A DNA stretch of 64,000 bases from Azolla caroliniana (lineage: Eukaryota > Plantae > Polypodiophyta), in the NCBI GenBank assembly GCA_043228905.1, contig JBHGNT010000002.1:7130001-7194000 (forward strand), written 5' to 3'. The notes beneath the pieces are model-generated. The model did not search any database, was not told the DNA's origin, and saw nothing but the letters and a program-made list of their open reading frames with translations. Of the stretch, positions 24,585 through 38,103 are shown one piece after another. A program made the translations under genes and the position numbers. How positions within the stretch are numbered: position 1 is the stretch's first letter; the number at the start of each line of letters is the position of its first letter.

Positions 24585-25465
24585 CTTGTGGCATTGTCGT
24601 GAAGCAATTTCACGATAAAAAACAAACTCAAATATTATATAAAGTGAAATTAGTGAGCCTTGAAACCACAACCTTATATATCAAATACAAAGATGTCTTA
24701 TGTCTATTGTCATATGTGGGAACTCCGATGAGCAGGATGGCTATCGTGTATCGCATGTAACACATGTGCGCCAAATGGCAATCATGCATCACATGCATTG
24801 CATGCACCCTCACATACATCTTGTGCTTGTGAGCACCTATATAAAGAGAGGGAATGGATGTCTAAAGGGACAATTAATTTAAGTGAGTTAATGGAACCTA
24901 TTAAACTGGATAGAGGGTGGTTGTGGTATGTTCACTGGGTCCAAATACTTCACCTAACCATCCTTTGCATAGTAGAGTAGTGTCGGTCATGTGAGTCCGA
25001 TCAAAGATCCATACTAATTATAAAACATTTTGATGGTGTAACAAGGGGGGAGCCACATTTGCATTAAATGTAAATGTGCCTTTCTCTATATTTAAAGTGA
25101 AATAAGTATATTATTAAAGGTAGTTCTAAGAGGAATCGAACTTTAGTCCTCTTACAAAAATTGAATGGCCAAATCTACTAGGCCATTCAATTTCATTAAT
25201 CCCTTAAACTTTATACTCTTACTCCCTTTTTTCTTGTTCCACATGCTACCCCTCCTCTCTCTTACTTTTTCACCCTCAACACGCCACATCACAACACCGT
25301 GATTAAGGTGTGAGTCATGGGATTGTTGCGTGTGTACTAGCCAAGACGCACACGTTTCACAACCTCCGTGAGTACACTTGACTTGCATACAAACTTAGGT
25401 TATATCCTAGAGGGCCCACCCCTCTTGGTGCTTGAACAATGGGGCACGTGAACGGACGTCAAATT

Positions 25466-25845
25466 TGGGGGATAAAATCTCCCATGTGTGTTCAATAACC
25501 TTATAATAAATATAATGTACTCAAATACCTATGTGAGGGATGGAATCTCTCACGTGTGTTCAATGACCTTATAATAAATAAAAGGTGTTGAAGTACCTAT
25601 GTGGGGGATGAAATCTCCCATGTGTGTTCAATAACCGTTTAATAAATATAACGTATTCAAGTACCTATGTGGGGGATGGAATCTCTCACGTGTGTTCAAT
25701 AACCTTATGATAAATAAAAGGTACTCAAGTACCTCTTGTGGGGGAAGAAATCTCCCATGTGTTTTCTATAACCTTATAATAAATATAAGGTACTCAAGTA
25801 CCTATGTGGGGGATGGAATCTCCCATGTGTATTCAATAACTTTAT
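25466..25845. repeat. Minisatellite, 68-bp unit, about 5.6 copies
   Basis: Unit starts at 25466, 25534, 25602, 25670, 25739 and 25807 (tgggggat..aatctcccatgtgtgttcaataacc...). Confidence 0.9.
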
Positions 25846-26129
25846 GAGTTGCATTATTCTTGTTGAGAAATTGGACAGCCACTATGTCCGTCCGCGTTGA
25901 TTTACTAGGCACAACTATAGAGTCGCGTGACATTTAATGAGGAACAAATTATGATGTCTTATTTAAGTTGGATAGAGGTTGGTTGGGCGATATGTTCAAC
26001 ATGTCCAAATGCTGCTAAGTAAATTATTCACACTCCCTCTTCAATCCGTCTGGATTCAAGATCTAAGTTAAGTTTTGAGTCCTAGCCACCGTCACATACG
26101 AATCCGAGTCCATTCGAAGATCCACTTAG

Positions 26130-26690
26130 CAATGGGCATGGTTTGGGCTTAAACCAAAGTTCGTAGAATACTTAGCATAAAATACATGTAAAATACGTAT
26201 TCTAAGTATTCTACATGTATTCTAACTTTTTTTTTAAAATACTTAGAACAACGTATTTTATAGATAAAATACGTTGAATACGTGTAGAATATTTGTAAAA
26301 TACGTTAAATACTTTGTAAAATCCAAAGTTTTTTTTTCAAAAAACAATTTAAAATTTTTTTGAAATGATAAATACTTGTTAAATACGTAAAATACATCTA
26401 TTAAAAAATTTAGAATACGTCAAATTGTAAATGGCAATTCTAAAACGTAGAATACTTCAGAGTATTCTAAAATGTACTCTAAATGTAGAATAAGCGTTTT
26501 TTAACAACTATGAACCGAACCAAACTATTAAGCCATGGTTTAACGGTTTATTGGTTCCAAAGAAATTTAATGGTTTGGATTTTCGATAAACGGTTCAATT
26601 TCGGTTCGGTTCGGCTCTAAAACTCGGGTTTATAGGTTTGGTTTAAAGGTTTATAGGTTTTTGGTTAACTTTTTTTTACCTTAATAGTCT
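26130..26690. mobile_element. Possible non-autonomous DNA-transposon/MITE remnants (AATACGT-rich block within a CGGTT/AACCG-rich block)
   Basis: Repeated aatacgt/agaatac and ttcggtt motifs; no clear TSD. Confidence 0.35.
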
Positions 26691-28399
26691 ATTAATTTAA
26701 TGGTTTTTTACGTTAAAGAGCATCATGGGGATGCCATGATCCCCAAATTAAGAGTTTTTCTGCGAATGGTCTCAATAAAGGTGGACCACGTACTTCGGGA
26801 ATTGGATAACACGACAAGCCTTGAGAATGCCATAGAAATAATTGTGGAAATTGCTGTCCACTTCGATGGGAGGGATTTAAGGAGAATATATGTATTATAA
26901 AATACACAAGTCATCCACACATTCATGAATTATTCACACATACACAAATTTATGCATAAGTGTAAATGTGCAATAACAAACACACACCAAAATAGTGATA
27001 TAAAATAAAACATATACTAGCAGACTATTCACCAAGTGCACAATTGCACATTAATAGGCACCAACACATATATCATTTGTGAGCATACAATTCTATACCT
27101 TCTTGGCACACAAATTTCTTTCTATATAACACTCACAAAAACAAGAAAAGTAAAGCAAGAAGACCTAACACTTGTGCACCCACTCACATGTACATTCTCT
27201 AAGGGAAATAGCATTTGCTCTAGAACATATTGAGTGGGAAAGTTTTGGGCACAACAAATACGAGTCACTTCAAATTGACAACTTCAACAAACTTTAAAAG
27301 ATGTAACCTCCAACCCTATCTTTGCTCAATACTTCACATGCATGCAGGGATTTCCTAGAAATCAACAACCCATGGGTTGTCCGACAATTATAAAAAATAT
27401 GTTTTACATTATAGAAAGATGATACAATCTATCATAATAAAAATATTAAATACATTATAAACCCATGTGATATTATAGGAGGATGATATTTCTATACCTA
27501 TGGCATGACATATCTATTGATCAATGTTGTGTTGTTTATAATTATCCAACTCTTCTATTCCTTATACCCTTATACTAATTAAAGCATTTACTGAAGATAG
27601 CCTCTTTAAAGTTGGTTTCATTTGTTGTAGTGATGACCACAAACATTAAAACTTTTAAGATCAAGTTGGTTTTGGTCTTATTCGTCTTAAAGAACCCAAT
27701 TTCACATGGAAAACAAAGATTATGCTCCGTAGTTTTCATTATCAATGGAAAACCCCAACATTTTGATTACACCAATCTTTCCAAGTCTTGTGTACATTGT
27801 CGTCAAGTGTATCTTTGCCAAACATCTACGCAAACCCTTAAATTTGATCTTGAGAGATAATAAACCTTTATAATGAACTAGCTTAATCTCTTAATGATTG
27901 ATTTTTTTTGTGGTGCTTCAAGTCCTATTTAAATGGGTTTTTGAATCACAATTGTTTGATCACCACTTGGCAGACATGTGCTATGTGTGATGCATGATAG
28001 CGATATTGCTCATTCAAATCCCCATGTATGCAATGCTTCATGAGACATAAGTATGAAGATGAAAATATAAACTTATAGAAGAACTTAATTCTAATTGTTC
28101 ATACTTAGTGGTTGATATTTCAAGTTATGGGTTCGAGCCATTTGAATTTGTTTACATATCATGAAGTGATTGCTTCAAACACCCACCCCCTTTGAATTCG
28201 CACTCTTGTTGTGCAAGTTCATGCCTTTTGGCCTTCAACGATACCTCTATTCTATAAATCATTTACTACCTTGTTATTATCAGCAATCACTATATTTGTG
28301 CCACTAGTTGACATTGCACACACACCCCTTTTACTTCTTCTTCTTATAACCTTGGAAATTCAATTATTGTTCAGGCCATCACAACCCCTTCCTATTAAG

Positions 28400-30430
28400 C
28401 CCCGTCCTAGAAATCATGGAGAAAGTCTTCAGATTCTTGCATTAGATGGTCATGAATGTGCTCTTTACTTCGAACATGGTTCAATCAAATAGTAAGGAAC
28501 TAAACTAAACTTCTTTCATCTTGGTTTTTGATCGCACAAACATTGATCCGTGTTGTCTATCACCTTCTTCTCCATTTAGAGTGTAGTGATACATGGCTAA
28601 CCCTTAATAACTATGTTGAGAAACTTATCTTGAACAAAGAAATCATGATCTAGAAAAACATTCCCAATAATTACTTTAATGTTGGGATATGGTTCGTAAA
28701 GATCTTTGATTGCTTCTGTTGCCGCTTGAACTTCCTATCCATGGTTTTTCTTGATTGGTCACTTCCCACGATTATGTAAGTCAAACGACATTATATTAAT
28801 TTCAGAACCATGTTTGCTTGATGTAATACATTATTCCATCTCTTCCCCGATCTTGAATAGGCCTTATGTCATCGCTTGAGCCCAATGACCACGAGTATAA
28901 TGACTTCTATCTTTGTCTTGATTGATATCTTTATTTGCACCCTTACACCTGCTAATAATGCAACTTCCTCATCCATATTTTCTTGGATTTTCAATGTATT
29001 AAATCTTGTAACTTCATCCTCCACTTGCATCTTTCTTCCCTTTGCGTAAATTATAACCGCATGAAATTCTTTCTTCGCGACTCCCAATAGCTCCTTGAGA
29101 GTAAGCTTGACCTTATTATCAAAGTTCTAGTTTCTTAATAAATCTTTCTATTATTGATGGAAATCTCTACATCCAAAACTAGCTAAAATGTCAAGGTTGT
29201 TAAATTTTGCTTTAACTTTCCTTATGCAACGACTTTAACTTTTTGCTCCTTGGTTTCTAGTCTTTGAAAATGACCAATTTCATCTACCTTTCGTTTTTTT
29301 GTTCTCCCTGGTTTCTAATCTTCGATGATGACCAACTTCATCTAGTTCTTTTTGTCTTCTCTTCTACTTGAACTTCATGCGCGTTCACCTCAACAACTTT
29401 TGCAAACATTTTTAATGTGTATACTAGATTATTCCACCTAGTACTACAAACCTCATTGTCGGCCTTCCTTAAGTCCTTTGTTTAGACCGTTCCTTCACCT
29501 CTAGTTGGACTTTTCCTTTACTTTTCGAATAGTAAGTTGTCAACGTCTGAAGTTTTCTTTTTGTCCTTAGGCTTTTATTGACTCAAGCTTTCAACTTTCT
29601 CCAACTTGACGAACTTGAATTGTAGATCCTTCATGCCTTTTTATTAGTTTGTCAAGTGGTGCTTCTAATTCTTTCTCTTCTCGCTCGAGTAGTTGATTCT
29701 TGTGTTGGATGATTTGATACAATAATATTGTTTGAAATTTTCGCATTATCCTCCATCCTCAATGCCCTTCTTCTAGGTATACAACAAGCCTCTAAGACCT
29801 CAATCCAGTTGGACATAATTTCAATTGTGCTTGTATGATCCCCCAAAAGGATCGATATATCTTTTTTCAATTTTTTTGTTATTTGAACAAACAAATCTAC
29901 ATTCTCTTGATCTCTTACTAATAGCTTGTTGGACTTCTTTTTAAATTCTCTTAGTAATTCTGATAATAAGAAACATTTCCTTCTTTTCTCGGTCCACTCA
30001 AGGATGGCCTTCTTTGTCACTCTAGTACAATCATCAAGCATATACTCATCTAATAGTTCTTGACAAAACATATTCCAATGTACGCTGAATCTTTCTTGAA
30101 ATTTTGCTACCTTTACTTGAACCTCTAGAGTCGCCACTCTATTGAACTAAGCCACCATGTGTAGCCCAGTTCCACATGGTTTGGCCATTTCATAAGTCTC
30201 ATAGACCTCTAGAAATCTCATAATGTCTTCGCCATAGAATTGACCAATCTTTTGAATAATCAACTATGTAATAAGTGTCAATTTGTTTTCCTATTGTTTA
30301 GTTTCCCTTTGTTCTTGTATGATTTGACACATCATGGTCATCATGAAGTTGACAATGTTAAAGCTGTAGTCAGCCACTTCTTTTATCAAAGACCTCTTTC
30401 ATCAATAGTTCATGTCAAATTCACCAAAAT
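28400..30430 (-). mobile_element. Highly decayed Gypsy gag region of the tRNA-Trp family
   Basis: Minus-strand tggtgaatttgacatgaa (~30410-30427) resembles the Trp PBS with transitions only; gag peptide similar to 5068-5130; ORF pieces 29652-30137 and 28869-29087. Confidence 0.55.
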
Positions 30431-30962
30431 TTATCCTAGGGTTCGTGATCAATCAATGTGTTGAATCATCGGGGTTATGATTGAGGAGAGTTTGTAAGGC
30501 AAAGGGAGAGAGATGAGAACAAACAATAGACGGAGATAGTGTAGGATTCAAGAAGCAAAATGATCAAATTTTGGTCTATTAAATTGAGAATACAAGATGT
30601 TATTTACTAAGGTTACAATATTCTATTATAAGCATGTTACTGTATCAAGCCAAACTTCGGCTCTAACCCATAATTTTCTTAATGATAAACTTTCCTAATG
30701 AGCTAGGTTAATTTCTTGATTATTAATGAATATATTTTTCTTGATATCGATGTGCTTCAATTCCTTTTGCTTAAATAAGTGTTTGAATAAGAATGCATAT
30801 GATGTGTGAGTGCAAGTAATGCATGCGATGTTGCGATGCATGACAACCATGTTGCTCATCTAAGTCACCATGTATGCAATATTGCATAAGACATAATTAT
30901 AAGAATGAGAATGTAAATTTGTACAAGAACTTATCCTAGTAATTCAAACTTTATACTTGATG

Positions 30963-31270
30963 TAGTGGAAACAACGATGTAGGCGAGTCTTCTCCAACCA
31001 AACCACACATCCAACAAAGTTACCGCAAGAGATATGGAGTGAAATTGTAGCCACTCTGAAGAGCCAATATGATGGCCTTAAGGGCGGCTCCGATGGAGTT
31101 GAAAGACAATGAATAGCCTTTATCCAACAATGGTCGTCCTCTCCCTTTATTGAGTCAGTGGGCATCCACATAAGATGGAACTATTGAGTCCCTAAAGGGA
31201 TTTGTACATAATCGTCTCATTTGTAAAATTTTATAACTAATGGAAGGAGTTATTTTTTTGGAAAATAAAA
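30963..31270 (+). mobile_element. 5'-truncated LINE (3' ~300 bp) with 17-bp TSD
   Basis: TSD aaactttatacttgatg at 30946-30962 and 31271-31287; encodes EIWSEIVATLKSQYDGLKGGSD, similar to the ORF2 C-terminus at ~45480-45560; A-rich tail. Confidence 0.85.
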
Positions 31271-32135
31271 AAACTTTATACTTGATGGTTACTATTTGGG
31301 GTTATGGGTTTGTTTTCATATTGTGAGAACATTTTTCAAATTCTTTAACAACATTGCAAACATCATAATTGAATATTGTCTTTATCCTTTACATTCTTTT
31401 AAATTAAATAATTGCCACGAATCTTTCCCAAAATGGTTGCACAACACTTGTTACCACTCTCTTACGTATGTGTGTACTTTTTCTGAATCTTTATCATAGT
31501 ACTATGGACAAAAGAACTTTACAACACACAGCCACATAATGCAATAATCAAAATTCCCATAAATATAGCTCTGGTTTATATCAATACTATGAGCATTGTA
31601 TATGTAGTATGCGTCATGTCATGTATCTTTATACACTAGACCCAAAAGTAGGCGATGTTGACGTGAAATGCATTGAATATTGGGACAAATCACAAATGTT
31701 TGCTCTGTAACTCTATAGTGTAATAAGTCTCCTACCTAAAGGAGTAATACAACCATCCACCGCAAAAAAGCAACACTATACATCCATTTCCACATAAGCA
31801 AGATGGCTTACTCGGATGGAGAATAATATGTCACGAACAACGTATAATGAATTGGCATCTCGCAGCTTGCTTCAGCCGGAGCATGGATCGTGACAAACGG
31901 ACAGATGATAGCCAGGCATTTGTGAATCCGATAGTCACCGGAGAATTTATGGTACTTTCGGGTATGAGAACCATGGGGGGGTGGGGGGCCCATAAACCCG
32001 AGTGAAGGTGTTGAAGCCCAATGAGAGAGAATTTATATGAGCAGTTGTTATTGTTAATGAGTCTTGGGGCCCAATATATATACATATATGATATATTCAG
32101 TGACTGAGCAGAGTGACCGAACAGAGGAGCAGAGG

Positions 32136-35100
32136 ATGGGAGAGGCTCCATTAGAGGAGGAGAAGATCGTATCAGACGTCACACAGGCATTCCTTCTATA
32201 GCATTCCTATGTCTCTGTGTGCGTGCGTGTGTGTTTGAGAGAGAGAGAGAGAGAGAGGAGGAGAAGGAGAAGGAGATTTATTTTGCTTGTGTGTTGAATT
32301 ATGTATAGTTGATCGGATGGACACCTTTGATTGAGCTCAAGACCATTGCTCGCAAGGAGGGAAGTTTGGCTAGAATCATAGGCAAGCTAGAATGCCAACA
32401 ACCTTTTGGATCTGTGAAAGATCGGATCGCTCTTCAGTGAGTGATTGATGCTGTTCGGATTTCCCAGATTATTATAATTTTCTTTTATCTTATGCTAAAT
32501 CACATTATGTATTACCTGCCTACGTGCACACATATATACACATGTATGTATATACACGCGTACGTATGTAATGTATGTATGTATGCATGTAATGTATGTA
32601 TGATTTGCACAGTTTGGCCTCTCTGTGTGTGTATAGGGCTGATTTACAATGATACGTATGTAATGTATGTATGATTTGCACAGTTTGGTCTTTGTGTGTG
32701 TGTATAGGGCTGATTTACATACGTACGTATGTAATGTATGTATGTATGCATGTAATGTATGTATGATTTGCACAGTTTGGTCTTTGTGTGTCTGTATATA
32801 TAGGGCTGATTTACAATCAGATTTTTGTGGTTTGATGATATACTAATATACGTTGGGCTTTGATAGCATGTCTGAGTACATGATCTCTCTGCAATATATG
32901 TGAATTTGCTTTTAATATGTATAAAAACCAGGTTTTTATATTTTCTTTGCAAAATCCAGTATGATAGAAGATGCTGAAAAACGTGGATTGATCAAACCTG
33001 GCGTAAGTACCCTTGTGGAGCCCACCAGTGGGAATACTGCCATTGCCTTGGCTGGTATAGCCACTCAAAAAGGTTACAAAGTTGCTGCAGTGATGCCGAA
33101 ATTTTCATCCTTGGAACGCCGAATGCTCTTGAAAGCATTTGGAGCAGATGTTTATGTCACAGGTCAATTGTTAATGTCTCTGAATATTATGGAAAAGCGC
33201 AGAAATATTACTGTTCTTTTCTGTATCTCCCCAAAGAGAAAGAAAGAAAGTTATCTTGATGTCTACTAGGGCCAATACGGACCTATGATTACAAATATAT
33301 GTGAATTCATGTTATCCACACTGGAACCAAAAGTAACAGCTCTAGGCTTGAACCTAAAGATCACTGATAATGATATTAATGAATGTGGTGAAATGATTTT
33401 GGAGATGGTTTACAAGCATGAAGTGCATTAACTAATATGTAAGAGTTGAGCTATGGTAAGCAGATCTGAAATCTAAGGTTGGTTTTTGTAGTGGGGTGAG
33501 GATATAAAGAAGTTCACAAATTGCATTGGGTGTCCTTGGGGGAATGAAATCCATGATCTTATCCAGGTACTCCCAGTCTCTGCTGTTGTGGACATTCCTC
33601 TGCTTGCTCTATGGTGACGCCTCCGCATGTTTTCAGTAGAAGTTTGGGCCTACAAAAGAAGTTACTGATGTGTGATTGTTGTTACATCCCATGTAGTAAT
33701 GTAATGTAAGGGTTGATTCTCTATGCTTTTGGGTCAAAGTGCCAGGGTGAGAGAGAGAGAGAGATGTTATTATTTATGTGACCAGCTGTGAAATATTTTA
33801 CATAGAACACATGGAATTGAATAGAGACTCTTAGTGTTCAAGAATTTTACTAATGAACATTGCAATCGAAAGTGCACATCATAACCATGGTAGGAATGTG
33901 TGTAGGGAGTGGATCAGTTGGCAATGTGTGAAAAGCAAACTAAATGTTTTAAGAAAGACAGTGGATGGGATAGGGGAAGGGGATGAATTGCCAATATAAG
34001 TGGTTATAGAGCACGTATAATTTCACTTGACCAAAGATGTCGGGGAAATAAAACAAGATCAGGGGCATTTGGGGGGATAATGAAAAACTCAGGGGTATTT
34101 GGAGTTTTCCACTAAATATTATTCCTAACAACTTTGTCATTCTTTTCAACAAATGATAATTTCCATGATTGTTGTATGTCAGATCCTGCTCTGGGATTTG
34201 ATGGTATGTTTGCCAAAGTTGATGAACTACTTGCCACTATTCCAAATAGTTATATGCTGAATCAACTAGCCAATCCAATGAATATTCAAGCTCACTATGT
34301 AACCACAGGTGCTTGATAATGCTTGAGGATTCACTGCTTTCAAGGCATAATTTAAGCTCCCATTAGTTGTAAATATTCCATGAAATTAAATTTACTCTTT
34401 TCTATTCAATTTGTTAATATCCCCTTTATATAGTACAGTTCTATACGTAAAGAATACCTTAGAATTCCTGTGATAACAGTTATGTATTTCATAGTTATTC
34501 ATGATTTGTTTGAATTAAGGACTCAATCTTAGAAATGAATCAGGTCCCGAAATATGGAAAGACACGGCAGGAAAGGTAGATATTCTCATAGCTGGCGCAG
34601 GAACTGGGGGCACATTTTCTGGAGCTGGAAAGTATCTGAAGGAGCAAAACCCATCTATCAAAGTCATTGTTGTGGAACCTTTGGAAAGTCCTGTCCTATC
34701 AGGTGCTTCTTTTGTTCCTGTTGTACTCCTTGTTTTCCCTTTTGCTTTTACGTTTATTCTAATATTTCTAATGATGAACATATATCATTCTATTTGAAAG
34801 GTGGATGCAAGGGTCCACACAAAATTCAAGGTATTGGCCCAGGCCTTATACCAGAAAATACCCGTGTTGAAGTTAGTGATGAAATTATGGTTATCTCTTC
34901 TGAGGAAGCTTTGACATATGCACGAAGACTTATAAAAGAGGAAGGCTTGCTTGTGGGTATTTCATCAGGTGCTGCTTTTGCTGCTGCCCTGAAGGTAACT
35001 AATCCATTGATGTATCTTTACAGGCCTTTTGTGTATGTGTGGTAAAACTATTCTATTCTACTAGCAGGAAGTATGTTTGTGTCTGGAGATAGTGGATCTT

Positions 35101-35880
35101 CATTTCTCACTATCATGCTCATAGAATGATAATTCTATTGAACTCTTCCCAAGCCTACAAGTCTTTGAATCTATAGTAATTTCTTTACTTGACTTTCTTC
35201 AGCTTGCCATTAAGTTTTTGCTAGAGTTTTCTGCTGAAGGTCTGTCTCATTATTAGCCTGTTCTGGTAGATTCATCCCACAAATGATGTATAGCTGTTAG
35301 CCTCAGTTGCTGACTTATCAGCATTCATATTTTTGAAAGAGGTTTTCTTTTTTGCAGAAGGTGCACATAGTACAATAATAAGCTCCAGTCCCAGAGTTAG
35401 TTTTGATGATTTATAGTAGTTCAATAAAATTTTGGAAAGTTGGTAAACATTTAATTAATAAATTTCATATAAGAAAAACACTTACAAATGATCAATATCA
35501 AAGTTATGGTTGAAAAGAAAAACTATGGATAATTGGCATCTAAATTCTTGTGCAACTTTATTTACCAATTCTTGGCTCATGACCTTCTTTGTACCAACTC
35601 CCACATTACGTCAATCAATAGTTTACATTTTGTATTGATGGGGTAATTTTATTCTGCTTCTCATATTACACCAGAATGAAGGGATTTTTAAAAGTCTTTC
35701 TATAATTTATTTTCCCTTTTTCTTCTCTCTCACACTCACACACTTGTGTGACAGGTTGCAAAAAGATCTGAGAATGCTGGCAAGATGATTGTAACAATGT
35801 TACCTAGTGGCTCGGAGCGGTACATGAGCACGGACCTTTTTGCTTCAGTTAGAGAAGTGTGTGAGAAAATGACTTATTGA
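32136..35880 (+). CDS. Cysteine synthase / O-acetylserine(thiol)lyase-family protein, 7 exons (32136-32186, 32309-32436, 32960-33162, 34183-34308, 34544-34702, 34801-34994, 35755-35880), 328 aa
   Basis: Spliced length 987 nt with no stops; motifs LIGWTP, SVKDRI (PLP lysine), [36 protein letters not shown]; GT-AG introns except a GC-AG first intron. Confidence 0.9.
32560..32820. repeat. Intronic tandem repeat, 3 copies (gtatgt-rich plus gatttgcacagtttgg...agggctgatttac)
   Basis: Core repeated at ~32602, ~32673 and ~32765. Confidence 0.75.
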
Positions 35881-36758
35881 AGTCAAATAAACACAAACCA
35901 AGAATGCTACTGTTTTGTGGTTTGTAAGTTTGAATAAAAAACATTATGACTTTGTGAACGCGTAACTTAAAATAAACTAAGGACATTCCCTCAACCTCAA
36001 AGATGTGTTTGAGTATTCTTTGCAACTGCTATGACTATAAAGCGGAGCTAGCATACTGAAACTTTTGCCCCAATTTTAACATGATTATGTAAACCATGTT
36101 CAAAAACCAGTTATAACCCACTAAGAAACATAGTTTAATATTGCTGCAATATTCGCTGAGTTCTTTCACCATCCTTTATAAGATTTGCCTTGATCAATCA
36201 CATCTAAATCAGAACTAAAGAAAACCAGTTGTTTTGTCCTGTTCAGCAAGATCTTGTGCAAAGGGGGGCATAATAAATGCCTTGTCAGTAATTGACAATT
36301 GAGAGAGATGCAGAACATGGTCAAATGCAAACAGAGTAGCAATAAAAGGTTGAGCAAAATGAAGAAAACAGATTGCAAAAGAGAATCAAATTATTAATTG
36401 ATGATATAAACTTAAAGCATTTAAGTGATTATGGTACAAGGAACCTTTCTGCTTCATTTAAATCACACATTCCCTAGAGACGTATGTTTTACGTGTATTC
36501 TGCACACTGTTCTCTTTCTTCTAGTCCTTGTACACATGCATTGTTGATCTTTTTCATCCAGAAACATTTTCCATGCGTAAATATATAATTGTTTTCTTTC
36601 TTCTAGCAACAATTCAATGCATATAAACATATGCATTGTTGTGATCTGTCTCTTTGAAAAGCAATTTCAATGCATACATACATACGTTATTGATCTGTTC
36701 ATTCCAAAAGAAATGTCTTTCCATACATGCGTACATTATTTTCCTTTTTTCTTTTCAG

Positions 36759-37117
36759 AGTATGCCTATACAATGAAAGTCACTGAAAAGAGTGACATAT
36801 ACAGTTTTCGAGTAGTTTTGCTAGAGCTACTTACAGGTCAATACTCAGTCCAACCTCAGAATCAAGAAGGAGATCTTGTAACTTGGATAAAAGAATGCAT
36901 TGATCTTAAACGAGACCTAAACGAGATCTTTGATTCAAAGCTACACATAAACGATCCGCTAATTGTTGATGAAATGATACTCACATTGAAGATTGCATTT
37001 CTGCGTACGAGATTTCTGCCGTCCGAGAGGCCTACGATGAGGGAAGTGGTTCGGATGCTGGCTTCAGTGAGAAAGCCTGCAGGGACAGAGCCGCCCTGTC
37101 GAAGTGAATCGCCATAG
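36759..37117 (+). pseudogene. Orphan terminal exon of an LRR receptor-like kinase (subfamily XI-like)
   Basis: Acceptor ttttcag then EYAYTMKVTEKSDIYSFRVVLLELLTG...ERPTMREVVRML; conserved G and C changed to R; no upstream kinase exon between 35880 and 36758. Confidence 0.75.
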
Positions 37118-38103
37118 GCGTCCAAAATTGAGGCATCCGCGAGTAGAAGAAGAAGAAGAAGAAGAAGAAGAAGAGAAAAACCTAACCTCAAATCTAGACC
37201 CCTAATATTTAGAATTTACAAAAATGGGGTCATTAATCCCTATTCTGGGACAGAGTCCAGACCATTGAACGTCAATCTCTATTGTATACAAATACTAAAG
37301 TGTTAAGCATTGAGGGTTACTCCATCGTCACAATAATCCACTGCGAGCAACAAGTGCATGCAAGACACAGACACAGACACACAACCACCATCGATCATTG
37401 TCATTGTCTCGCTCCGTGAACATGTATGTATGTATCATATGGACAGATTCGGCATGTTTGTGTGCCCATATACCAAAAATATCTACATTGTCGATGCCTG
37501 CACACAACGTCTTCGTTGGTCAATATAAAATAGACATGGAGCAAAAAAGGCAATGTTTGTGATAGTATGTTGATGCGGCACATTGTTTCATTCACCAAAG
37601 AAAGTATGAGTAGAAGGGGAAGGCATTGGGTTTAAGGCGTTCATTGATATCCAAGAGACAGGTGGTTGTGTCTAACATCCAATCGATCTCTCTTCAAAGG
37701 AGGCAAAACACTGCTTGTCTTTCACCCTAGAAAATGGCAATCGGTCAATAGCTTATATAAGCTATGGGAATGGTGAGATCAGTTTTACATTTTTTTTATT
37801 TATACTTTGGTGACAATCTAAATCACCCGCTTACTATAAATACCCTTATTCAAATCTTGCAAAACCAAAAGTACCTCTCAAAGTACTTGCCATAGTATTG
37901 CTTTGAAGATCTCATGTTCCATTCATACATTAAATAATTAGGAAAGTATGAGAACATACCAAACATTTATGCATGTAATTATGCCAATGTTTGTTTCCTT
38001 TGATCAATAACTTCAACCGACCAAATAAAAATTTGAAATTATTTAATGTATCATCCCACACAATGCTCATTATTCTTTATATTTAGTTGTGCCATCAAGC
38101 TTC

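Noticed and set aside
25466-25845. CRISPR-like appearance of regularly spaced palindromic repeats
   Set aside because: The whole 68-bp unit repeats with no unique spacers; no cas genes; eukaryotic context.
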